Of a stretch of 64,000 nucleotides of DNA, positions 53,871 to 64,000 are shown piece after piece. The stretch lies in the NCBI GenBank assembly GCA_964247055.1, contig OZ176052.1:8618001-8682000 (forward strand). The letters are read 5' to 3'. The notes beneath the pieces are model-generated. The model made no database searches, had not been told where the DNA came from, and worked only from the letters and a program-made list of their open reading frames with translations. A program made the position numbers and the translations under genes. How positions within the stretch are numbered: the first letter of the stretch is position 1; every line of letters begins with the position of its first letter. The DNA is from Paragordius varius (lineage: Eukaryota; Animalia; Nematomorpha).

Positions 53871-54446
53871 TTTTCTTTTTATCAGTCACAATCTGACATT
53901 ATTATAAAATCCTAGGTTCTAATTATACAAATTTAGTCCGTATCCTCACCCCTATGCATGAAGGGAAAGATTTAAATCGGGACATCAATAACCCTTTATT
54001 ACCGAATTCATAGAAACTGCATTCAGCCAATGATGAAGACCGATATTGCAACGCAATATATAACCTAAATAAAATTACTCAAAATGTGGATAGACTACGG
54101 CGTTTGCTGGTAAAACCCAATTTTAGCAGCAAAAAATTACGGTTTTAAAAATCACGACCCGCATGATACAAAGATAATCATTGTGGAAGAATGAAAAATA
54201 TGCATAAATTCACTGAAAAATAAAAAACATATCTTTATATAGACACCATTTATTCGTATATACTTCAATATATATATATATATATAATCCAGTTTAAACA
54301 TCCAAGGCCAGATCACTATAGTAAACTGAATCTGTCACGCATACAAAAACCAAATAATTAATGGTAAATATTTACTTAGTTGAAAAAATATAAATGGTTT
54401 TTATGTAAGACTCACGATAATTTTATAATTTACTCATAGGCATAAC

Positions 54447-55150
54447 TAGGGTTGTGCTGACCGAGTCATAACCAGGTCAATTGACCGGATCCTGACCAGG
54501 TCAGTGACTATTTATTTTTTGACCACGGCCATTTAAAAAAAACAGCTGTATTTTAAAAAATTGTTGGTTAATTTTTTTTGAAGAGAAATAGTAATATTTT
54601 ATTGTTTTTTAATATATTTTTTAAAAAATATAAATTAAATATTTAAATATGCATATTTAACGATATAAAATTGTTAAGTATGCATCGTTCATTAGCATTT
54701 AAGCATATTCAGTTATTTCGAATAACAAAACAATCAAGCACTTTGCAAAATGCAATTATTCCATATATGTACACCAATAAAATGAATAAACATTTTGTAA
54801 TTGAATATTACAATGATGTAAGAAAGTGTAAAACATACTATGTAAATTTTATTTAAAATATCCAGTATTAAAAGCTATATATTTGAAGATTTAGATGGCC
54901 ACAAACATGTGGAATTTATTTGAAAACAAAATTCTTGATTAGATATGATTGAAAATATTTGGAAATAATAAATATAAAAAAAAATGTATGATACATTTTA
55001 CGAAAAAAACATGACATTATTAGTGCAACGCAAGTGTCGTTCGAATCTTATTTTTACAATCCCATATCGCATAAGTAAAAAGTGGTCATGACCATGGTCT
55101 GACTGGGTCTGACCGGACTTTTTTAAAAAAGCAGTCAAATGCATAACCTA
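54447..55150. mobile_element. hAT-family MITE with perfect 8-bp TSD
   Basis: TAGGGTTGTGC ... GCATAACCTA termini; GGCATAAC duplicated at 54439-54446 and 55151-55158; TGACC subterminal repeats at both ends. Confidence 0.85.
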
Positions 55151-55908
55151 GGCATAACATTAATTATATTTAAGTAGCAATTTAAATTAAATATATAATT
55201 TAGAGATAAACAAATTTTTTTAAACGATATTAAACCGCGATTAAACAAAAATTTATAGCTTAAACAATTTTTTAAATTAATTTGAAAAAGGAAGTTTACT
55301 AATCGCATAAAATATAAAAAACTCACTATGCAATTAAAGACCTAATAAATAAAATTTATTAACAAATCTTGCCTAAATACCAAATTTAAATGAGACATCG
55401 ATAATGTGCATATATTAGTGATTTTTGACAATCATAAAAGTACAATACAATGAATATAGTGTGTAAAACAAGAGATCTGAATTACATAAATAAATACAAG
55501 GACGGATTAGATAAGGTCTAAATAAGTGTTTTATCTAAAAGATATATGTAGTCTATATAAATATTTATATATATATATTATATACTATGAAAAATCTAGT
55601 TCAAAATGTCATAAAAATTAAAAAGGAATATAAAATTTTTATGATTTAATTTAAATTTACTGAACATTCTCTATCAATCCAAAAAATCTCTTAAATATTC
55701 CAACCTTAATAATAAAAAATGAAGGTGTGAGGAAAACCATGAAACTCATATTACAACATGCATTTTTCATTGATTAAAATTGACGATTTCGGTGGTTATT
55801 GACCGAAATATACTCAAATATACACCGCCCTCCCACGGGAAAAAGAAGGAGAAACTCCAATTCAAAAATAAACCCATTTTTTACGTCCGTTGTGCACTGC
55901 GCCTCTAC

Positions 55909-56839
55909 TTATAATTTGCTTTCTTTTTGCTGTGAAATGCACATAGCAATGAGCCAATTTATACCAGTCATTATACGGTTATGATAATTTACAAATGGTA
56001 CATCATGTTTTCGCCTAACAATCGTATCAATGCTTAAAGTTTTTTGTTTTGCCGATAAAGTATCTTCATTTTCTATGGGATTTAGGGAAAATGGTGTTAT
56101 GGGAACAGGGTCGGTTGGAAAAACGACATTATTTGCGCTTCCAATTTTGTTTTTAGCCGTATAAGTTTCAATAAATTTTTTGGATCCCCCTTGTGTTGTA
56201 AATGGGGAAAATGGATTTAAATTAATGGGAAATAAATCATTGGAATTTCCATGAGAAGGTATCAAAGAAATCGCATCCTAATTTTAGAGGGAAAAAATTA
56301 CGAAATATATGGGTGTTGAACATTCTTGACTAAGATTTATAATATCCAAAAGGGAGCAGATATTAAATCCCGATAATTTACTAACATCTTGTTTATTTGA
56401 AAATCTGTGAATTAATAAATTATTTAATACATCAAAAATGGTTTATGCATAAGATTTTGGTTTAACAACAATTGCATTAGAATGCGCTTATTTTCTAAAA
56501 TATCTGTTGTTGAGTCAATCATCAAAATTATTCCACACACCTATATTTTAAAAAATTAAACTTCGGAAAAATAATTTGACCATAAGGAAGTAAATGCAGG
56601 CGATCCACTAACATCGAATACATGTATGGTATATTTTCGATATTGAAATTTCTTTTGTGTGAAGCCAAGTGTAGGGCTGGTTTTAGTTAATTTCCCTATC
56701 ATAAATTCAAATAGTAAACCATGTATAATATAATTTAGCAAACAAGTTTTGCCAGAGCCGCTAAATCCCAATATAATTAATTTTATATTTCTATATAAAG
56801 ATATACTTTATACCTGTTTTTACACCTTCCACATCGCAT
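55909..56839 (-). CDS. ARF-like small GTPase, ARL13-like, divergent
   Basis: MRCGRCKNR|NIKLIILGFSGSGKT (G1)..IHG|KLTKTSPTLGF (G2)..VFDVSGS (G3)..LWSNYFSE|VCGIILMIDS..KPFLI|FSNKQD (G4)..GINWL. Five introns of 23, 24, 21, 26 and 24 nt. Confidence 0.8.
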
Positions 56840-56889
56840 TCAAGGTAAATTTTTACCTTTTACACATGTTTTTATGGCTTGCTTTAGGC

Positions 56890-59013
56890 ATGTTAGTTGG
56901 ATATTTTGTGTTTCCCGGCGATCGCATTGATTTGACCAAAATAATAGGCGAAGATGAACTTGATTTATCAAAATACAAGCACATTATAGGACCTGGTTTA
57001 CATTTCAATTCAAAATCGGGAGTTGTAGCCACTGTGTCAGGAGTACTTAAAAGTTTTAACAAATTATTATTTTAAGGTCGACCTAATGTTACTAATGAGC
57101 AGAAAAGTTTAAAATCAATATATCTATGGGTAGAATATTGTCAAAAATCTTATGTTCCTTGTAAAGGAGACCTAGTCATAGGGACCGTCGTAAAATGTCA
57201 TCCCCAAGATGGTTCTTTTATCATAGATATTGATTCGAATCATGATGGTAACGAAACGCCGAGAATGTATGGTCATGCCATATTACCTGATCAATCATTC
57301 GAAGGTGCCACCAAAAGAAATAAACCTGATTTACGGCCGGGTGATATAATTTTTGGAAAAATTGAACAAGCAAATAGAGGCATAGATCCCTTGCTAACCT
57401 GTAAATCAAATGAAGGACAAAACAAATATTTATATGGAATTTTAAACTCAGCAGCCAATCTTTTAACCCATAACAGTACAGCCATAACAAATGCCATGGA
57501 AACAGACGATATTGAAAATCAGGCTTCATCGCCTGAAATATCCCCCATAACTGGGTTCATGTGGCAGACAACAATAGACCATGTAACCAAATTAATGAAA
57601 CTACAAAATATGGGTATTTCTCATAAGTTTTTTTGGCAAATATATTTTAGGTGTTTTTTGTAATCAGATAAATGAGAATTAAAAAACATTATGCTTATCT
57701 TTTATAATTAATGTTTTGCTGTATTTTTGAATTCATAAATGGATTTCTTTTACCGAGATATTAGTAATTTTAATTTTTTTAGCATTTCTTTTATTTATGC
57801 AATAAATCAAATTACCTTTTTTTATAGGTTATTTGCAAAAATGGTTTATTTCATAATATGGTTATACCAGGGGTGTCCAACACGCGGGCCGCGTGCGGAC
57901 CTCCTAGATATGATGTGCGGTCCGCTAAAAACTTTAAACCCATAATGAGTTTATCCAATAGGCAACGAACTAGAAAAAAGTGTTTGCATTTTACAGTCTT
58001 GTTTGAAATCGAATAATATATTTATTAAGGCCCATGTATATTTCAAATGCGGCCCTCAAAGCCATTTGTGTTAGACACTCCTTAACACTTACATTATTGT
58101 TTTGAATTTGTAACAGCGAAGAGCTATATTGAAGTAGATAAACGCGTGTTTTTGAATTAAAAACCTATGATTTGTTAAAATTTTTATATCTGTAAAAAAT
58201 TGCTTAACATTTCTTAAGAGGCCATATTTTTAAATAATTTTATCCCTATATTTTACACTACTTTTATCCTCTTATAATTTTTTTAAGTTCCGACGAACAC
58301 GTAATTTACCAAATTAGCCATATAAACTATTTTTTTCATATTGTGTAAGTTCCACATAATTAGACAAAAAGTTTAAAACTTTATATTTCCGGTTCCACTA
58401 AAAGGCTTTACTTGATCTAATTAACCATTTCTTTAATTCACGATAACCCAAATTCTGAAGATAAAGCCAAAATATACATGTAAACTTAAAAAATTATTAA
58501 ATGCTTCTTGTTTCAGATAATGGATATTCAAACGAAATATAAAACAATTTGGTTTATTTTGAACGGTTCGTTACATGGTTATTCAAAATGTATCTGTGTT
58601 TACTATAAAGAGCAGGGGCAAATTAAATTACTTTTTGTGCAAGGAATCGTAGATGTTAAAAAGCTTTCTATCAAAAATTATGAAAAAAATGTTAGAAATG
58701 CCTTAACAAGTCTGCGCTAAAAAATGTTGATATAGATTTTAAATTTAATTTTTTATATGATATTACAGAAGACGAAAACAATGTGTTAAAGATTATTGGC
58801 AAGTGCAGTCCGTACGAAATGGTTGTCGGTATGAATGGCCGCATATGGATACGAGCCGGAACCGCAAAAAATATTTTTTACATTTATTGTATCATAAAAT
58901 CTTTACGTAATATGCCTCTTAGTGAATGGATCAAATTTTGGACACCTATATTATCATCAAATGATGGTTGGAAAAGTGTGAATTGGGAAAAATGGTCCGC
59001 CGCCCTTGACTGA
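56890..59013 (+). CDS. EXOSC3: Exosome complex component RRP40
   Basis: FVFPGD..IIGPGL..YLWVEYCQKSYVPCKGDLVIGTV..SFEGATKRNKPDLRPGDIIFG..YEMVVGMNGRIWIRA. Introns 57053-57076 (24) and 57614-58768. An in-frame upstream ATG lies at 56866. Confidence 0.93.
57868..58083. mobile_element. hAT-like MITE in EXOSC3 intron 2
   Basis: caggggtgtccaacacgcgggccgc ... gcggccctcaaagccatttgtgttagacactcct. Confidence 0.75.
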
Positions 59014-59058
59014 AAAAAAACCTCTTATGATTATAAATGGCAATTAATAAATTTATTA

Positions 59059-59655
59059 CTATTTTAATTTTATAATTTTTTGTTCTAAATCAAATATCCC
59101 AACTGAACAATTTGCATTTTCATCGTAATCTACCCATTCCTAAATATAATTTAAAATAAATAGTACATTATCCACCAGGGATACATTGGTGAAAAGGGAA
59201 TTGCTTTCAGTTGATTTTGCTTTAAAAAGAGCCTGCTATAATTTAAATATACTTTTGGTAAAAATTTTAGAATTTCTAAACCTCGACAATCAAATTCCAC
59301 AATAGTTTTATAACTTTCATCTGTATCGTATGGTTTAACAGTGTTTTGCATTATGTCTTAATTTTATATTTGGATATAAACTTAAATAGTTTTCTCGCTG
59401 ACAAAATTTACATTTTGCTTTAAAATTGGCAAAACCTCTGCTGCCACTCAATATATTTTCATCCTTTTATCGTCTAAAAAAATAAAAACCTCTGAACTAA
59501 TATCATGCCATATGTTAGAAGATTCCCCACATTGCGAACATTTAATCTATATAAAAAAAATATTGTGCCTTAAGCGTCCAATAAAAATTTTCGGATGGCG
59601 AAAAATATTCAATATTTTCTAAGCGTGCTTTAAGTTGCAAGCCTACTATAGGCAT
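59059..59655 (-). CDS. CZIB: CXXC motif-containing zinc-binding protein (UPF0587 / C1orf123)
   Basis: MPIVGLQLKARLENI..FYWTLK|IKCSQCGE..GSRG..KCKFCQREN..TVKPY..YKTIVEFDCRGLE..EWVDYDENANCSVGIF. Introns 59547-59568 (22, GC-AG), 59464-59489 (26), 59357-59381 (25), 59233-59252 (20), 59140-59166 (27). Confidence 0.95.
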
Positions 59656-60614
59656 ATGAAGCCTAATAGTAAAATGCGTTAATTTGCGTACAAATTTTAA
59701 GTAATATTTTAAACATAAAATTAATTGTATAATGTTTCATATCTTTTGTATTTTCATATGAAAATAATTAGGCGTTAAAATAATCCAAAATACCCGAATA
59801 GCGTCCAAAATCACACAAAGCAATTTATGATTTAAAAAATAATTATTTAAACTTCTGTCAAAATGATTACTGCATTTTTTAGGTTTCGTTAAAAATCTAA
59901 AATTTTTTTAGTGTCATGTGTCCCGAATTCGGATAGCTTTAAAACTCAATAAAATAAATGGCTGGTAGACAAAAAATTTAAGGTGAAGATTTTCTTGCAA
60001 CTTTTCAAATGATATTCCATCTATCACGCCCCTAATAAGGTTAAAAAATGCATATGTATGAATTTGGACCAATACTAAGAGTTTTTTAAGATACTTAAAT
60101 TCAATATGACTTTGTGGTATAATAACAGTATTCCAAAAAGTCCTGGACTGTAAAGTTATACAATTTACACCAAATAATATTATTAGCGGGATTTTAGCTA
60201 TTTTAAAAATATAAATGGCGGTAAAAGTGATTTTTCGATTGTTAACACAATTTCATTTTTGTAGTTGATGATATTTTGGGTAATTTTGCACCAAAGTATA
60301 GATTTATAAAAACTGATTTGATTTTTTTAGTCATTACTAGAGTGGGTGATAAAAAAAATTTGACTTAATTTAAAAGTTTTTCAAGTTATGGCTTGCGTTT
60401 TGTGTTAAGAATTTTAACATTATAAGACTTAAGCCAAGCGAGAATAAAAAAATGATTTGATAAAATATAACTTAAAAATTTTTCAAGTGTGGTGCGGGGC
60501 ACTCTTGACAGATTTAATAATATGGATAAAAGATTATATTAAATATTTAAATATATGATTTAAGTTTTATATGTAGCATTGCCCTGTGATAACCTGGTGT
60601 AATATATATCTTGT

Positions 60615-61480
60615 GATTGGAAAATGTATCAGGATAATCATGTAACTTTTGGTTTTAAACGCGTGATTTAAGAAATTTATCATAGCAAAATTTGAACAAA
60701 ATTTTTGATAAAAAAATTTTGGTACAAAATGCTTTATTAAAAATATCATCAATATATATTAACACTTCGATTAAAAATTGGGTATCTAAATACCCCAGAC
60801 TAAATTTAAGTAAGGTTTTTAAAAAACTACTGAAGGAAACGGCCCCAATTTAAATTTATTCTATCCTGATAAAATTATATAAAAAGCCAAAATATCTAAG
60901 TAAAATTTCGTTTTGAAAAAAAAATTTCATGTCTGACTACTTGGACGCCATTTTTATTTTACAAAATTTTTGAAATCTCGTGTTTATTTGATTTTAAAGG
61001 TAAAATTAAAGCTATTTTTTATTTAATTACATCTAACATTGATAGAAATAGAAAAAGCAGTTTATTTTTTATTATTTTTAAATTTTGCTAATGCACATAT
61101 GTCATAGTGACTAAATTTTAACCTATCGGTTTTAGCTTAAAATAAGTATTATCAAGTTATTGAATATAATTTTTATATATTTCGGTTTATTCATGTTATA
61201 TAAGAGCAACATTTTGCCATGGTTTCGATTCCTTCCATATTTTTAAAGAATTTAATTTAAAACAGACCTGGGGTATTTAACTACTCCAATTTGAATCGAA
61301 GGACTAAAATGAATGTGTTGTATCCAAGTGTTAAACTGCTTACATAAAGCCAATAATATTTAAAAAATTTAATTGTTAGATGTGCGCGGCGAAAGTTCCA
61401 AATTTCTTCTAAAATAGTCCACTTCGCCTTAAATAAAAAGTACCGAGATCGCGCACTAAAAGTTTCAATATATGCTAAAT
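60615..61480. mobile_element. Arm of the long-TIR family split by piggyBac-like MITE copy 5
   Basis: 60615-60758 plus 61335-61480 rejoin to match 7650-8010 and the reverse complement of 2330-2700. Confidence 0.6.
60759..61334 (+). mobile_element. piggyBac-like MITE copy 5
   Basis: TTAAcacttcgattaaaaattgggtatctaaataccccag ... gtgttgtatccaagtgTTAA. Confidence 0.88.
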
Positions 61481-62834
61481 TTTGTACTCAAATTAAAACA
61501 TTTTTTACACTATTACCTTTTAGGGTAATATTACATCCCAGATTGGAAGCTTAAATATCTCGAAAAGTATTTATGGTATTAATTCGGAATAAAATATGCC
61601 TTTTTTAGCTTTTTAGGCCCATAATACATTTTTTATCAACATCTTAAATTTTATTGCAAATTTTTTATATAAATGGTTTTACGATAATTTAGCAGGCTAT
61701 AAATGTATATTGCGGCTAGAAAATGGAAATAATAAACTTCAAAAGGATTTTAGACAACACATTACGAGCAAAGACATGATATATTTATATATATATCAGC
61801 TGTTCGTTTTCGTGTTTCAAAGCATTTTTTAAGCACTTCATTACCTTTTCACTTTTTTCTAGTTTACCTTTTGGGTAATTTTATTAGTAGAGATTAATTT
61901 AGTAAATAAACTACAGATTTGAAAGTTATTTAAAATTTAATCAAACATTGTTCTCATTCATTAGATAAAAAATATTATATTTTTTACGGCTTTGTGACTT
62001 TTAGAGCCTAAAATTGGGACAGCTCCAAAACACGATTGAAACGAAAGCTGGTTCGAAAATCATATATATCTTTGCTGATAAAATGTTGCCTGAAAGCACT
62101 TTAAAGTTAATTATTTACATTTTCTAACCATAATACATTTATTTGCCTGTTACGTTAGGGATTTAAAAAAATCTATAGGGTAGAAAATTGCGGCAAAAAG
62201 TTTGAGATGAGAATATTTTCAATTTTACATTTCTTAAAAAATTTATTTGCATCATACACTTAAAAACAAAAAAAGCATATTTTTAAATTCGACTTAATAC
62301 CATAAATACTTTTTAGGATATTCAAATTTCAAATCCCCACAAGGTAATAGAGTGTTAATTTTGGTGGGGCGTGAACAAAAAATGTTGGAAACCTTTAACA
62401 TAGCCTCTATAGTTACCGTTTCTGATAAAAAAAGAGTATTAAAAATTATAGTTGTTTAAGATAACCATTCCGTTATATTTTTCACTAATGCAATCAAAAG
62501 TTTTAAGCTTTTGAAATCAATTAAAGTAAGGGCCTATTTAAAGCAAATATTTTTTTAAAATATTTGTCAATTACATCTTAACAAAAGCTTAGAAAAGCAT
62601 ATAACTGAAAAATTTTGCGGCGATAAGTTTATGCGAATTTTCATAATATTTTCATTTAATAAATAAAGCACGTTCAACACACTTCATGACCTTTTGACTT
62701 TTGTCCGTGATGACTTGGAGTAGTGTTATACTCCAGAGCTCAATTTTGTAAATATACTCTTTTAAAGGTTACTTCTTAAGAAATGTTCTCTTGTATTAAT
62801 AAAAAATATTTTTTACTTTTGTGACTACTAGATT

Positions 62835-63414
62835 TTAACACTTTGATTCAATTTGGGGTATCTAAATACCCCAGACTAAATTAAATTAAAAATTTTAAAA
62901 AACTACTGAAGGAAACGGTCTTAATTTAAATTTATGCTTCTATCCCAATAAAAATTATATAAATAGGCTAAAATATTTTAATAAAATTTCGTTTTGAAAA
63001 AAAAGTTCCATCTCAAACTACTTGGACGCCATTTTTATTTTGCTAACTTTTTGCAAAATATCGTGTTCATTTATTTTTCAATGTATAGTTAAAGCTAATT
63101 TTTTATTTAAATCATATCTAACACTGATATAAATAAAAAAGTGGTTTATTTTGTATTATTTTTCAATTTAGCCATTGCACATATGTCAGGTTGACTAAAT
63201 TTTCACCTTTGGGTTTCAGCTTAATATGAGTAATATCAAGTATTTTTTAAAAATTTTTTTTATATATTCCGGTTATGTTATATAAGTGCAATTTGCTATG
63301 GTTTCAATTCCTTCCATATTTTTTAAAGAATTTAATTTTAAACAGGCCTGGGGTATCCAACTACCCCAATTTGAATCGAAGGACTAAAATGAATGTGTTG
63401 TATCCAAGTGTTAA
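62835..63414 (+). mobile_element. piggyBac-like MITE copy 6 (best preserved)
   Basis: TTAAcactttgattcaatttggggtatctaaataccccag ... ctggggtatccaactaccccaatttgaatcgaaggactaaaatgaatgtgttgtatccaagtgTTAA. Confidence 0.9.
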
Positions 63415-64000
63415 AATAGACACAGATCCAAAACACCTTGAATTAAACAGCTGATATTATATCAAGTTTTTGTTGGTAAAATGCCACCTATAATAAAGTC
63501 AATTATCTACATTTTTAACCCATAAGATACATTTATTGTATATTGTATTAGCGATTTATGAAAATCGGAAAAAAGATGAGGATTGTTTTATAATTTTACA
63601 TTTTTTAATAATTTGTTTTGCATTATGCGCCTTAAAATCTAAAGAAAACATTTTAAATTCGGCCTAATCCTAAAATAGTTTTCAAGATATTCTGATTTTA
63701 AATCGCTCTGGGATATAAAATTACCTTAAGAAGTCATGAATCAAAGGGTTATAATATTTGAATTAAACTCACAACTTTGGCAGTTTTTAGTATTTTTCAA
63801 TCGCTATGGGGTCGTCAACTATCTTAAAGGGTAATGAAAAGTTAATTAATATCTTACATCTACCAAATTTACATATGTTTCAATCGATTTTTTCTACAAA
63901 AACATTTAAAAAGAAATTAATTAGTTATTTTATTAAATATTACGTCTTCTTATACACATTTGCCTATCTCTCAGGTAAGACATGGATGCCGCGCAAGAAT

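Noticed and set aside
63960-64000. CAG|GTAAGA followed by ATG at the window end
   Set aside because: Too little sequence to assess.

Overview
Very AT-rich, transposon-rich eukaryotic genomic DNA, most likely from an invertebrate animal (species not identifiable from sequence alone). Manual splicing against known protein families gives ten protein-coding genes: CPSF1 (5' part), DPH2, PPOX, a mucolipin/TRPML channel, SSBP/Ssdp, acylphosphatase (absent from the ORF track), UMP-CMP kinase, a divergent ARL13-like GTPase, EXOSC3/RRP40 and CZIB/C1orf123. Four things stand out. (1) A type I hammerhead ribozyme with an intact core and an extended stem I lies on the sense strand of SSBP intron 1, about 210 nt upstream of the 3' splice site. 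It is paired with a second, stem-II-deleted copy 454 nt away in a Penelope/retrozyme-like direct repeat. (2) There are 26 ultra-short 20-28 nt spliceosomal introns, including a 22-nt GC-AG intron, coexisting with introns of 64 nt to 4.4 kb. (3) Two head-to-head gene pairs have start codons only 37 nt and 26-50 nt apart, and one convergent pair has stop codons 45 nt apart. (4) Six co-oriented piggyBac-like MITEs occur; two are nested in an older long-TIR element and one ends 15 nt before the CMPK start codon. Gene names rest on my recall of family motifs, not database searches. Repeat boundaries are approximate.
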